Source: Pseudomonadota bacterium
GTDB lineage: Bacteria; Bdellovibrionota_B; Oligoflexia; Silvanigrellales; Silvanigrellaceae
DNA: 64,000 nt
Assembly: GCA_039799905.1 (NCBI GenBank)
Contig: JBDLRP010000021.1
Location: 246,119-310,118 of the forward strand
Reading direction: 5' to 3'
Positions within the stretch are counted from its first letter, which is position 1. Each line of letters starts with the position of its first letter. The notes under the pieces were generated by a model. It searched no databases, was not told the origin of the DNA, and was given only the letters and a program-made list of their open reading frames with translations. Made by a program: the position numbers and the translations under genes. Positions 48,731-59,244 of the stretch are shown piece by piece.

Positions 48731-49288
48731 TTAGCGTGCCATGAGGTCCTTGCAAAGCTCTGAAGTTTGCAGCTTCGACAACGACACCTCGGTATTGATG
48801 TCCGCATGAGAGCATCCGACTGCGGCAGGGACTTTGTCAGCCAGTTTGAAACGCAAATAGTGAACTGAACTGATTCTCGATTCGCCAATCTGACGTTCGT
48901 CAATCACGGGGCGAACCATCGCTCCATCAGCTGTCTTAACGTAAAGGTGCTCAGGAAGATTCAACCAGCGGCTGAGCAGCTCGCTCCGACGCTGCGGATC
49001 ATCAATTTCAATGAGCAACGTGCAACCCAACTCGCCCTGCTCACCCAGCAGTTCGTTGTAGGTTTCGATTTCATGTGCAATCTGATTTTCTTCCTTCATG
49101 CCTTCAGCGCGTATCATCTCTTGAATTTGATAACGCACGGTTTCTTTGTTCTCAAAAAGAAAGGTCAGATGCTCGCCGACATGAATGCGTCTGCATTCTT
49201 TGATTTGCAGTATCTTCGCACGAAAATCAGTTCTTAATTTCTCGTATTCTGCGACCGAGACAATTTCATTACGACTGACTTTTCTCAT
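48731..49288 (-). CDS. DUF3501 family protein
   Basis: RRIHVG..LTFLFEN..TVRYQIQEMIRAE, EIETYNEL, SSVHYLRF; rubrerythrin cluster context. Confidence 0.9.
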   Translation of the reverse strand: MRKVSRNEIVSVAEYEKLRTDFRAKILQIKECRRIHVGEHLTFLFENKETVRYQIQEMIRAEGMKEENQIAHEIETYNELLGEQGELGCTLLIEIDDPQRRSELLSRWLNLPEHLYVKTADGAMVRPVIDERQIGESRISSVHYLRFKLADKVPAAVGCSHADINTEVSLSKLQTSELCKDLMAR

Positions 49289-50648
49289 CTTTTTCTCCAC
49301 TCTTTGAAACCTTTGTGGCGAAACCATCCTCACGGTAGGCGCGTGCCAGAATACTCATCGGATGCATGGGTTTGACACCCGCAAATTGTTCAAACTGCAC
49401 GGCCGCCAATGGACAATCAGTGGCCCAAACCTCACTCTGCGAGGCTTGCATTCCGTCAAAAGCCTTCTTACCGATTTTAGCCGAGCTCTCAAAACTTTCG
49501 ACCTTCATCGCATAGGTGCCGTCGTGTCCACAACATTCAGTCACCGTCTTGGGCACAACTCCGGGAATCTTGCGGAGGATGTCCCGTCCCTTGAACCCGA
49601 CCGCCTGTGCTCGCAGATGGCAGGGCGCATGATAACCAACCGACTGTCCAGGAGTCGACTTGAAGTCGGTATTGAAACGCTGCTGGTCGCGGATAGACCA
49701 AAGAAACTCACTCGGATCGACCGTCGCGGCGGCAACCTTCTCGGCAATCGGTCGAATCTCCTCGTCCACGAGCTCCGGATATTCGCGCCGCAGCATCATT
49801 GAACACGTCGGGTTGATGGCGACAACCTTCGCTCCGCTGTCGACAAATGGTTCAAGCTTTTTGAGATTCACGGCCGCCTGTTTACGAAGAGAATCAAGAT
49901 CGCCGGACTCCCAGCGCGGCATGCCACAGCATTCGAGTCCCCGTTCACATTGAATCGAAACGCCGTTCTTCTGCATCACCTCAACAGTGTCTTTGCCTAT
50001 CTGAGGCTCGTTGTTCTGCACGTAGCAAGTTTGAAAGAGCACAACCTCGCACTCTTTGCGATCGTCCTTGATAAGGCCCTCCTTGTCGGCCCAATCCTCA
50101 AACGTCTCGTCGGCAAACTCGGGGAGCAATTTGTCCCGATGAATTCCAAGCACTTTCTCCATGAACCAGCGGTGTAACTTGACTTTATTCATCGCGTTGG
50201 CGGTGCCAAGGCTCAAGCGTGCCATTCCACCTGCAAGATCGGGATTACCCAAAACGGCATCACGCAGACTTCCCCCTTCATCCCGACGGCGTTGTGCCTG
50301 ATAGCGATGAACCAACTTTGGAAAGTCGAGCTGGAATTCATGCTTGTCACGCGGAGTGTAGGGGCATTGCACTTCGCAAAGCTTGCATTGGAAGCAAGCG
50401 TCCATCACCGAGCGTGTGTCCTCGGCAGTCAATGCATGAACGTCACCGTCGTATTTGTTGTCCAATAGTGAAAATAGATTGGGGAAGGAATCACAGTATT
50501 TAAAGCACATCCGGCAGCCGTGACATATCTCAAAGGCACGTGTCACTTCTTTGCCGAGAGAACTCTTGTCCCAATATTTTGCCTCTTTTGGGTCATAACA
50601 AAGCCCGTCAGTGGGCAAATACGAAATGCGACCACCTTGTCCGCTCAC
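49269..50648 (-). CDS. Rubrerythrin-associated Fe-S oxidoreductase (GlpC/HdrD-like, two CCG domains)
   Basis: CHGCRMCFKYC, CFQCKLCEVQCP, CCGMP, CCGHDG. Confidence 0.9.
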   Translation of the reverse strand: MSGQGGRISYLPTDGLCYDPKEAKYWDKSSLGKEVTRAFEICHGCRMCFKYCDSFPNLFSLLDNKYDGDVHALTAEDTRSVMDACFQCKLCEVQCPYTPRDKHEFQLDFPKLVHRYQAQRRRDEGGSLRDAVLGNPDLAGGMARLSLGTANAMNKVKLHRWFMEKVLGIHRDKLLPEFADETFEDWADKEGLIKDDRKECEVVLFQTCYVQNNEPQIGKDTVEVMQKNGVSIQCERGLECCGMPRWESGDLDSLRKQAAVNLKKLEPFVDSGAKVVAINPTCSMMLRREYPELVDEEIRPIAEKVAAATVDPSEFLWSIRDQQRFNTDFKSTPGQSVGYHAPCHLRAQAVGFKGRDILRKIPGVVPKTVTECCGHDGTYAMKVESFESSAKIGKKAFDGMQASQSEVWATDCPLAAVQFEQFAGVKPMHPMSILARAYREDGFATKVSKSGEKDEKSQS

Positions 50649-50671
50649 GAAGCCTCCGCCAAATAATGAGG

Positions 50672-50697
50672 AAAAAAAAGGGCGCCTCCCGGCGCCC
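50672..50697 (-). terminator. Terminator-like hairpin between rubrerythrin and the Fe-S oxidoreductase
   Basis: GGGCGCC-GGGA-GGCGCCC-T8 on the minus strand. Confidence 0.75.
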
Positions 50698-50705
50698 GAA
50701 GTCCC

Positions 50706-51128
50706 TTAGGAGATTGATTTGAGCATTTGCCCAAACCGACCTGCATGAGATTTCTCTGCCTTGGCGAGTGTCTCAAACCAGTCAGCAATCTCCGAGAAGC
50801 CCTCTTCGCGAGCTGTTTTTGCCATACCCGGATACATGTCGGTGTACTCGTGTGTTTCGCCCTCGATGGAAGCCTTGAGGTTCAACACAGTGTCGCCCAT
50901 CGGCAAACCGGTGGCCGGGTCGCCAACCTGCTTGAGATAATCGAGATGTCCATGAGCATGTCCGGTTTCACCCTCGGCAGTTTCACGAAAGTTGCTCGCA
51001 ACCTCCGGATAACCTTCAACGTCAGCTACCTTTGCGAAATATAGGTAACGGCGATTGGCCTGACTTTCACCTGCAAAAGCGTCCTTCAGGTTCTGATGAG
51101 TCTTCGTTCCATTCAAATTCTTTGCCAT
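50706..51128 (-). CDS. rbr: Short rubrerythrin without a rubredoxin domain
   Basis: AFAGESQANRRY, EGETGHAHGH, GETHEYTDMYP, AEKSHA. Confidence 0.93.
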   Translation of the reverse strand: MAKNLNGTKTHQNLKDAFAGESQANRRYLYFAKVADVEGYPEVASNFRETAEGETGHAHGHLDYLKQVGDPATGLPMGDTVLNLKASIEGETHEYTDMYPGMAKTAREEGFSEIADWFETLAKAEKSHAGRFGQMLKSIS

Positions 51129-51376
51129 GACTGTCTCCTTGTTTGGCAATCCGCCGCATCAGCAGCGCGTAACAGTACACTGTTACCTGCAGCACGATCA
51201 ACTCTCACAAACTGCCGATGACCCCGTCAAAATTTCACCACATCAAGAAGTTCTTGCAGCCTCCGAAACGATTTTCATCGTCTGGCTGGACGAAGTCCCG
51301 AACCGTCACGAAAAGTTTTTGGAGAAAATCATGATCAGGTTCCCTCAACGTAAGGTCGCTTCACCAGACTCACGCG

Positions 51377-53566
51377 TCAGAGTGTCGCTGCGGCTGAACC
51401 GCCCCGCCGAAGCATGATGAGTGTCATGTCGTCTTCGTTCGCCGGATCGTTCATGAATGCTCGCTTGTTGTCGTGCAGAGTGCGCATCAAAAGTAATTCA
51501 GCAGGCCCCGCGTTCCCGGCAACGATCTTCTTCTTCAACTGACCCGCCCAGCTCAACACAGTGACTCCCACCGGAACGATCCCGTCAGAGTAAATCGCGA
51601 GCAGCTCGTCGTCGGCGATCGGTTCCGTGCGTGGATTCCATTTCGCCTCGCCCATGAGTTCTCCGCCCAATCTCTCTCCAGCCGTTGTGACGTATCGCAG
51701 ACCACGAGGCCCGATGATCAATGCACCCGGATGCCCGGCAGACGTTATCGAAACCTCTTTCGCATAAGGGTCGATCAGCGCAATCATTGCGGTGCAGTTT
51801 TCATTTCTACGCAGCGCAGACAGTCCATCATGAATCTTGATCGGGGCCGTGCAAAGAATTTTCTCACGTTCTGTTTTGTCTGCAGGGAACTCAATTTGCC
51901 CGAGCCGGGCGCACCAGAGGCTCCAATGCGAACAAATGACACTCGTCGATAACGAGGAACCAACGCCGTGACCGGTGACATCTGCGAGGCAAACCGCAAG
52001 CAATTTCCTCCCGTCGCTGAACTCAACCTCGCGAATATCAAACCAGTCACCGGCCAATGCCTCGGCCGGATGATAAACAGCTCTCCAGTGCCACAAGTCA
52101 CCCCTGAATCGCTTGTCGGGAAGCATTCGCGCCTGCACGTCGCGACCCACTTGTAGCTCCTTTTCAATGAGAGCTTTTTCAGCCATTTCATGACCAAAGC
52201 TCAGCATACGACGAGCGATCGAACCGACTTCAAGCAGACCGGCCGTCAGCAGTGCGGGCATCAGCATCATATGCCGCCAATCCAGCGGATCGGTGAATGT
52301 CCGCGAGCCGCTCATCTGACCTGCGAGTTCGGAGATGTTGACGCTTCCGTAAATTGCAAACGCCGCCGCGGTGATCAGATATTGAATAAAAACCAAAGTA
52401 CGCGAGAGGGCCAGACCGTCGCTGCGCTCACTTTTTTCTTTCGCGGTCTGAGATTTTCTGATTCGAAACATCTTCAAAATCTTGTCCTGCGCAGCGGGCC
52501 AAACGGACCACGCAACCAACACAAGAGACAGGGTGGAACCCAGCGAATCGACCCAAAGCGATGATGTGATTTGGAAATTATGGTCGATATAATGTCCGCT
52601 CATGCATACACCGGCACACAGAAAGGTAAAGACGACACGGTGCCACATCCTGATACGTTTGAATGAGTAACCCAACAGTTTCTCAACAAACATCAAAAGC
52701 ATGGCCAACGATGCGCCCAAAGAGGCATAGCTGAGCAAGTTCTGCCAAAGCGTGAGTGCTGAGCTCTCACCCAAAAATCCGAAGTAGGTAAAGACCGCCC
52801 GGCAGGCACCGAAAAGCGCCAGCAGAAGCATCGTAGGACTGTGGTCAAGGACACTGGCAATCGCACTCATGACAAGCGGAACACCGACAAGAAACTGTTT
52901 GGAAAGTGCCGCAGCACCGACCTGCTTTTCGAAAAGACTGAGATATTCGCGTGAGGAATTCGGCTTGGCAAGTACCACCGGCAGCTCAACCGGACCAAAG
53001 CGCGGAAACGGTTTGTAGTTGATAATGAGATCGATTTTTCCGCTGTTCGACAACTGGTTGAGCGTCAGCCCGAATATTGAGTCGGTGACGTGTCCGTATT
53101 GTGAAACGCCGGCCATATTGTCACCCAGAAATGTTGCTCTCTGGGAATTTCTCGGGATGAGCAACATCCACTCGTTGGAAGTTTGCAGTATTACTTTTTC
53201 AGCTTCACTAAAAACATAGGTCAGATGAACTGAATTCGCCTGCCTAGATTCCTTCTTGCCATAGACTTCAAAATTCAGCAGAGGGTTTTCGAATTTCTGC
53301 AACGGCAGGTCGATATTCTGAACACCCTGCAGCTGATCCTCGAAACAATTTTCAGATGTCGTTTCACCTTTTTTATAGTAGCAAAAATTAAACACCGCCT
53401 GCCAAGTACGCAGCTGCAATACCTCCCGAGTTTCAATGAGAGATTTTTGCCGCTCAGCAACATCATGTGTTGATTTCTGATGTGCGAGAATCTTCCAGAA
53501 AACAAAAAGCGTCAGGGCCAGCGAAGCGGCTATCAAAACGCGCTTTTCCCATTGCGGGGTCTGCAT
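51377..53566 (-). CDS. Multi-TM sensor with a C-terminal SpoIIE/PP2C phosphatase domain
   Basis: ELQVGRDVQ, AGDWFD, ADVTGHGVGS, AGHP, YSDG, EDDMT. Confidence 0.9.
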   Translation of the reverse strand: MQTPQWEKRVLIAASLALTLFVFWKILAHQKSTHDVAERQKSLIETREVLQLRTWQAVFNFCYYKKGETTSENCFEDQLQGVQNIDLPLQKFENPLLNFEVYGKKESRQANSVHLTYVFSEAEKVILQTSNEWMLLIPRNSQRATFLGDNMAGVSQYGHVTDSIFGLTLNQLSNSGKIDLIINYKPFPRFGPVELPVVLAKPNSSREYLSLFEKQVGAAALSKQFLVGVPLVMSAIASVLDHSPTMLLLALFGACRAVFTYFGFLGESSALTLWQNLLSYASLGASLAMLLMFVEKLLGYSFKRIRMWHRVVFTFLCAGVCMSGHYIDHNFQITSSLWVDSLGSTLSLVLVAWSVWPAAQDKILKMFRIRKSQTAKEKSERSDGLALSRTLVFIQYLITAAAFAIYGSVNISELAGQMSGSRTFTDPLDWRHMMLMPALLTAGLLEVGSIARRMLSFGHEMAEKALIEKELQVGRDVQARMLPDKRFRGDLWHWRAVYHPAEALAGDWFDIREVEFSDGRKLLAVCLADVTGHGVGSSLSTSVICSHWSLWCARLGQIEFPADKTEREKILCTAPIKIHDGLSALRRNENCTAMIALIDPYAKEVSITSAGHPGALIIGPRGLRYVTTAGERLGGELMGEAKWNPRTEPIADDELLAIYSDGIVPVGVTVLSWAGQLKKKIVAGNAGPAELLLMRTLHDNKRAFMNDPANEDDMTLIMLRRGGSAAATL

Positions 53567-53706
53567 TTTATCTCTCCAGCGTCAGTTCCACGGCTACAGT
53601 TTTTTTCAGCAATTACTGATTCTGTTATATCTGTCAGAATCTTGGGATTCGAGTCCATGCGCCATGAAACCGGAAGAGCTTGAATTGCTGAACTTGGAGG
53701 CTGCTG

Positions 53707-54345
53707 ATGTTGTTGCTCTTATCCTTGCTTTTCCTCGCGCTGTCCGGTTGCAAACAAAGCGACACCGCACAGCTCGCACAAACTGATTCCCTCAACCTGA
53801 CGGGTGAAACCGGCAGAAATCTGACCATCGAAGTGACCGGACTTCGCCCAGCCGAGTCTGAGAAGGGTCTCCACAGCATTTGCGCCATCGGGCTTGCGGG
53901 GGACGAAGGACTGAACGCGAAAACAATTCAGACAAGACTCGTCTGTGAAAGCAAGACAGGCAATCCTGAAGGACTCTCGGTGCGTTTGCGAAATTTGCCT
54001 TATCCGGCCTACATCACCGTCTTCCATGATAAAAACAACAATCGAACGCTCGATTTTGCCGTGCTGAATCTGCTTGTCATCAAAGAATCCACTCCAGCGG
54101 AAGGAATCGGTGTTCTTGACGTCGAGAATCAAACCATCCAGTTTTCCAGACCGATTTGGGTGGATGTCGGCGAGCAGAAATCGAACGCGGTGCTGCGATA
54201 CAAAGACATGCCGCTGTGGAAGTTTGTAAAAGACCAGTCGTGGCAGGCTTTTTTTAACTGGTATATGGAAACTGGCAATAAGCTGAACCGACCGAACACG
54301 GTAAAGAACCCTTTCCCCGAATATCACGAAGAGCCCCTGAAATAG
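53707..54345 (+). CDS. DUF2141-like lipoprotein
   Basis: Lipobox LSGC; VFHDKNNNRTLD...PAEGIG. Confidence 0.68.
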   Translation: MLLLLSLLFLALSGCKQSDTAQLAQTDSLNLTGETGRNLTIEVTGLRPAESEKGLHSICAIGLAGDEGLNAKTIQTRLVCESKTGNPEGLSVRLRNLPYPAYITVFHDKNNNRTLDFAVLNLLVIKESTPAEGIGVLDVENQTIQFSRPIWVDVGEQKSNAVLRYKDMPLWKFVKDQSWQAFFNWYMETGNKLNRPNTVKNPFPEYHEEPLK

Positions 54346-54354
54346 GACAAAGGT

Positions 54355-55329
54355 ATGAACGCCAGCCAAGACCAAGCAAACCAACGACTTGACATTCGCT
54401 CTATCCGCGAGGCGGCTTCGCGCATTCATCCTTACGCGCACAGAACGGCAGTGATGACCTGTGAGTCGCTCAATCGTTTCACCGGCAAGAACATTTTTCT
54501 TAAGTGCGAGCATTTGCAAAGGGTGGGAGCATTTAAATTCCGGGGCGCCTGCAATGCAGTTTTCAGCCTGAACGACGAAGAGGCTCGACACGGTGTCGTT
54601 GCGCACTCCTCCGGAAACCACGCACAGGCACTTGCGCTGGCAGCAAGAATCCGGAAAATACCCGCTTATATAGTCATGCCAGACAATGCTCCAAAAGTTA
54701 AAAAAGCAGCAGTCGCGGGTTACGGTGCAGAAATCACTTTTTGTGAGCCGACGCTCGCAGCACGGGAATCAACCCAGCAGTTGGTTATCGATAGAACTGG
54801 AGCGACAGTGGTTCACCCGTATGATGACCCTGCGGTCATAGCCGGGCAGGCCACGGCTGCGGCAGAGATGATTGATGACGTGGGCGACTTTGACCTTATT
54901 CTCGCTCCTGTCGGCGGCGGCGGTCTTCTGGCTGGGACTGCACTTTCTGCTAAGCTAATGTCGAAAAAAACCCGTGTGATCGGTGTCGAGCCTGCAATGG
55001 CCGACGACGCTGCGCGCTCCTTCGCTGCCGGACACATCATTCCTTCTAACAACCCAAACACCGTCGCCGATGGACTTTTGACTTCGCTGGGACATCTCAA
55101 TTTTCCTATCATCCGCGAGTGCGTCGATGACATCCTGACCGTCAGCGAAGATTCCATCATCGCAGCCATGCGCTTTATGTGGGAACGCAGCAAACAACTG
55201 ATCGAACCGTCGGCAGCCGTTCCCATCGCAGCACTTCTGGAGGGGAAACTCGCTCACGTTCAGGGAAGGATTGGTGTCATTCTCTCGGGTGGAAACACAG
55301 ACCTCGACTCATTGCCGTGGATGCGGTGA
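54355..55329 (+). CDS. PLP-dependent Ser/Thr dehydratase or serine racemase family
   Basis: KCEHLQRVGAFKFRGA, HSSGNHAQA, HPYD, PVGGGGL, ADGL, EPS, LSGGN. Confidence 0.92.
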   Translation: MNASQDQANQRLDIRSIREAASRIHPYAHRTAVMTCESLNRFTGKNIFLKCEHLQRVGAFKFRGACNAVFSLNDEEARHGVVAHSSGNHAQALALAARIRKIPAYIVMPDNAPKVKKAAVAGYGAEITFCEPTLAARESTQQLVIDRTGATVVHPYDDPAVIAGQATAAAEMIDDVGDFDLILAPVGGGGLLAGTALSAKLMSKKTRVIGVEPAMADDAARSFAAGHIIPSNNPNTVADGLLTSLGHLNFPIIRECVDDILTVSEDSIIAAMRFMWERSKQLIEPSAAVPIAALLEGKLAHVQGRIGVILSGGNTDLDSLPWMR

Positions 55330-55372
55330 GCCAGCCCGCAACTCACTTGTGCAATTTCTAATTGAAAGCATC

Positions 55373-56629
55373 TCACAGCAAAAGATTGAGCTCTGACGCG
55401 GATGATGCTTCAGCCCGCGGAAAGACTGCGTTCAGAGTCAATTGCGGGGCGATCGTCTGAAGGCATCTGTGAAGTACGAGGCGGGAGTCTGTCGTTACGG
55501 CTAGGTCGGAACGCTCAAAGAGATTTTCATTGGCAAGTCCGGGCCAGCGACCATGCAACACGCCACCACGAATGCGCGGACCCAGAACCATCATCAAATT
55601 ACCATGTCCGTGGTCGGTTCCGCGGTTGCCGTTTTCCTTGAGACGTCGGCCAAACTCACTCATGACAACCGTCGTGACCCATGCATTGGTCGTTGTCAGC
55701 ATCTGTTGATAGAAATCTGCCAGAGCGCGCGAAAGGAGGCCGAGCTGCTTTGCAAAGTAACCGTCACCGATGTTTCCCTGCTGCCGGTGGGTATCCCAGC
55801 CGCCGATGTCGAGAGTCACAAGCTGCAGCTGTTCGTCGCGCTGAAGTAGTTGTGCAGTGATGGCGAATTTCTGCGCAATCTCGCCGCTGGGCAGATCGGA
55901 TTTATCTTTGCCCCGCGTGCGGAGACCGATGTCTTCGAGATCGTCGAGCATATTGAGGGCCGTCTGACCAAATGAAGCAGTTTGTCCGGCTTCGCCGTAA
56001 AGCCTGCGCAAGGCACTGCGCAAATGCACTTGTTGCGCCGAACTGCCCTCGAGTCCAAGCCCTTTGAGGCGGGCAAAGGCCATGATGCCAGCTGCACCCT
56101 GCAAAGACGTGGGGCGCAACGCTCCGACAGCAGCAGCCTTGCACGGAACTTGTTCGATAAATCGCGTCAGCCAGCCGCGCTTATCCTCGCCCGTCCGGCT
56201 GACTCCCAATTCCATTAGCGTTTGCGCTGCAAAATGACTGCGAGACGGGACGGGAAGCCCGCATGCCTGAATGAACGCCAGACGCTTATCATTAAAAAGC
56301 GTCTGCAACGGCTGCGCTGCCGAATTGATGGCAAAACGATCATCCAGCCGGAGAGCTGCCATTGGCCCAGTCAACGGCAAACCCAGATGAGGACGTGCTG
56401 ATTCGTAGTCACGCCTATCTTGACCCTCGGTCGGGCAAATAAGGCTGAGTCCGTCGAATCCGCCACGCAGGAAAACGACAACAAGTGCATGACGACTCTT
56501 GTCCAACAAATCGGCGCGCGCTTGGGGAACTGCCAGCTGCGAGAACGGAAGCGAGTTCATAACGTAAACGCTCGACATGCCGCCTGCAATTCCGAACAGA
56601 AATTCACGTCGCTTGATACGCAGCGTCAT
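55373..56629 (-). CDS. DUF1501 family protein with a Tat signal
   Basis: KRREFL; FLRGGFDGL, RSHF, GGWDTH, SEFGR, ENGNRGTDHG. Confidence 0.92.
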   Translation of the reverse strand: MTLRIKRREFLFGIAGGMSSVYVMNSLPFSQLAVPQARADLLDKSRHALVVVFLRGGFDGLSLICPTEGQDRRDYESARPHLGLPLTGPMAALRLDDRFAINSAAQPLQTLFNDKRLAFIQACGLPVPSRSHFAAQTLMELGVSRTGEDKRGWLTRFIEQVPCKAAAVGALRPTSLQGAAGIMAFARLKGLGLEGSSAQQVHLRSALRRLYGEAGQTASFGQTALNMLDDLEDIGLRTRGKDKSDLPSGEIAQKFAITAQLLQRDEQLQLVTLDIGGWDTHRQQGNIGDGYFAKQLGLLSRALADFYQQMLTTTNAWVTTVVMSEFGRRLKENGNRGTDHGHGNLMMVLGPRIRGGVLHGRWPGLANENLFERSDLAVTTDSRLVLHRCLQTIAPQLTLNAVFPRAEASSASELNLLL

Positions 56630-56636
56630 TGAAAAA

Positions 56637-58229
56637 CTACCTCTGCTGAAATTCAGGACTCATGGATATCAATTCGACCACCTGCTGCGAGCGCTCGCGT
56701 AACAGGGACTCAGGTAATGCGGAGTCCTGCCGACGACCGCCAGCAGCACGCACGATGAGCTGCTCACGCAGGGATGGCGAAACCCGCGGACCGAGCATGC
56801 GGCCTGCAAAGTGATCGACGAGCTGCAATGGCGTCGAGGCCTGACGTGCCGTGGCGAGAAAATCAATCTCACATCCCGACAACTGGCCTGCGATGATCTG
56901 CTGGGACAAACGCCACCTTTCAATGACACTCTGAGGAGATTGCCACGGTTGCGCAACGTCGGGGGGACCATCGGGAGTTCTCCAACCGAAAAATCTGTGG
57001 CCACAGCGGTTGACTCCTGCCACAAACCGTTCGGAGGGTTCAAAAGAGCCATCCAATGCACGTATCAGACTAGCCACGTAGTCCACAGGGCGTTTAAATT
57101 TTTCTGCCTTCTCGGATAAATATTCTGAAGATACCAGTATATCTTGAAGTGTGTCGCGAATCTGCGTTGGTGAGTCTTTGCGCGACAGGAACAATGCAGC
57201 AATCTTGGAGACCAGCGATTCGGGCGGCTCGTCCGAGACAAACCGCCGGCAGAGTTTACGCACGATATGACGGGCCGTGCCACTGTGCGAGCAGAGAAGA
57301 TCCAATACGTTCTCTCCGTCTTTCATATGCGGCAGATGCTCGGGCAGCTTTTCTCCCAAAATGACTTTTTGAAAACGATCGTGCCACTGATCGGAGTATA
57401 GAAACTGTCCGGAGTTTGCGCTCAATCCGTACGTGCCGTCTTCAACGCGCCAACCTGTGAAGGCGCGGGCGGCCTCATAAACATCGCCATCAACGTATCC
57501 CTCGGGACGGTTTTGCGCATCGCGTCTGACCTTGTCACGTTCAATGGTGCCAAGATAATTCTCGGCTCCTAGTGTGTGCAGCTCAAAAAGTTCGCGGGCA
57601 AAATTCTCATTTGGATTGCCCGCTTGATTAAAGGCATTGTCAAGATAAAAAAGCATTGCGGGACTTCGGCAGACCAAACCGAGAAGCTGTCGAAAATTTC
57701 CAAGCGCGTGAACGCGGATGACGTCCCGGTTGAGAATCGCAAAGGCCGGCGCAACTCTCCCTTCGTACGCAAAGACATTGAAATGATCATGCCAGAACTC
57801 AACCATCCGCTCATAAATTTGGAAAGGACTGTGGATCACACGAATCCATGCGGCCGACTCGCAGTCAAAGACCGGCTCAAGCGCAAGTTCGCGCCTCTCT
57901 CTGCGGCTCTTCTTTTCCTGCTTTGCTGTCATAGCCTGTGCTACAGCATTCTCCGGAGTTTTGGTCATCTTTCGACTGGCCAAAAAGTGCTGACTCCACA
58001 GCTCCGGCAAACCGAGTCCCATGGTCACAAGGGAAAGTTTTTGAATGCGCGCCTCGGTTTCGGGATCTACAAAAGAGGCAGCTCCGAGCTGCAAACGAAC
58101 AAAGCTTTCCCAGCGCTCGCGTTCGCTTCCCGAGAGCGCGTTGAACGACTCAATCAGCCTGTGGCTGACCCCATAGGTTGCTCGTGACAACCAAGAGTAT
58201 GCTTGCTGAGATATATTTGCCTGAAGCAT
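56637..58229 (-). CDS. DUF1800 family protein
   Basis: ERMVEFWHDHFNV, SPAMLFYLDN, NENFARELFELHTLG, ARAFTGW, SPEFQQR. Confidence 0.92.
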   Translation of the reverse strand: MLQANISQQAYSWLSRATYGVSHRLIESFNALSGSERERWESFVRLQLGAASFVDPETEARIQKLSLVTMGLGLPELWSQHFLASRKMTKTPENAVAQAMTAKQEKKSRRERRELALEPVFDCESAAWIRVIHSPFQIYERMVEFWHDHFNVFAYEGRVAPAFAILNRDVIRVHALGNFRQLLGLVCRSPAMLFYLDNAFNQAGNPNENFARELFELHTLGAENYLGTIERDKVRRDAQNRPEGYVDGDVYEAARAFTGWRVEDGTYGLSANSGQFLYSDQWHDRFQKVILGEKLPEHLPHMKDGENVLDLLCSHSGTARHIVRKLCRRFVSDEPPESLVSKIAALFLSRKDSPTQIRDTLQDILVSSEYLSEKAEKFKRPVDYVASLIRALDGSFEPSERFVAGVNRCGHRFFGWRTPDGPPDVAQPWQSPQSVIERWRLSQQIIAGQLSGCEIDFLATARQASTPLQLVDHFAGRMLGPRVSPSLREQLIVRAAGGRRQDSALPESLLRERSQQVVELISMSPEFQQR

Positions 58230-58329
58230 AAAAGCCAAACCCTGCAACACCAATGTTCCAGTTGTGCAGGTTAGTTGCAGGGAGGACAACTTTCAACGCC
58301 GTTGCACCGGCAGAATTTTGTTCACGAAG

Positions 58330-59244
58330 TCAGGGTGTGCATTTGAAAAGTCGCCGCATTGTTTTCGCCGTGTCGGTAAAAAACGACGACACACACTTGC
58401 TCTCTTCGGCAAAGCATGGACTACCGGCGATGTCCTTCTGCAAGGCACACTGCGAAATCCCTGTCAGTTCGGCCTCACTTTTGTCGCCCATCCAGCGATA
58501 GAACAATTTTCCTTCGACTCCCGAAATCAAACATTTAAACACGCGCCGGCCGCAATCATTCCCGCTGCCATTTGTGCAGAAACTCGACAAGCAACGCTCA
58601 TTCACGACATTGCACGCACTTCCGGCGATGTCGGAATCCAACGCGCACATTCCATAGGCCGGACTCGAAGTTGCTGCCTGCGACAGCGTCGTTCCGTCTC
58701 CGAGTGGAAACCAGACCAAAGTATTCGATTGACCTGTCACGCACTTAAAAACACGACGGCAGTCCCCGGACGGGCAGGTTGTCGAAAATGCAGAACGGCA
58801 GCGATCGTTTTCAATTGAACAGACAGAGCGTTGCTGAGTTCCCGCAATACATTGAGGAAGTGCCGCAATGTTCGCCAACCCAAAATCACCCATGACAATC
58901 CAGCGCAGTGACGGAGCCGCTGGCTGTCCGAAATTTGGATCTCCGGCATTGCCGCCTGCTCCTGCATTGGGATCTCCCGCATTGCCACCGGCTCCAGCGT
59001 TGGGATCTCCAGCATTGCCGCCTGCTCCACCATTGGGATCAACGGGATTTGCACCATTGGGATCTGCTGCAACCCCAGCACTCTGGTCTTGGCTTGAAGG
59101 TGAATTTGCGACAGTCGAATCGGTACCGCCTTTAGCGGAAACAGCAATCCTCTTTGCCGTAGCATTCGGTGTGGCGCCGACGCATGCGGTTACACCCAGC
59201 ACGAATGTAAGAGCAGAAATAATCGCGACGTTTTTCCAAAGCAT
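58330..59244 (-). CDS. Lipoprotein with a GGNAGDPNAGA linker and three Cys-rich repeats
   Basis: Lipobox VTAC; three units ending RR(V/L)FKC. Confidence 0.75.
   Translation of the reverse strand: MLWKNVAIISALTFVLGVTACVGATPNATAKRIAVSAKGGTDSTVANSPSSQDQSAGVAADPNGANPVDPNGGAGGNAGDPNAGAGGNAGDPNAGAGGNAGDPNFGQPAAPSLRWIVMGDFGLANIAALPQCIAGTQQRSVCSIENDRCRSAFSTTCPSGDCRRVFKCVTGQSNTLVWFPLGDGTTLSQAATSSPAYGMCALDSDIAGSACNVVNERCLSSFCTNGSGNDCGRRVFKCLISGVEGKLFYRWMGDKSEAELTGISQCALQKDIAGSPCFAEESKCVSSFFTDTAKTMRRLFKCTP
58934..59040. repeat. 33-bp coding tandem repeat, three copies plus a partial
   Basis: TTKGGATCTCCNGCATTGCCRCCKGCTCC units at 58934, 58967 and 59000; variation mostly at third codon positions. Confidence 0.85.

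Noticed and set aside
58934..59040. 33-bp repeats as a CRISPR array
   Set aside because: Contiguous with no spacers, in frame, and varying mainly at synonymous positions; this is a coding repeat
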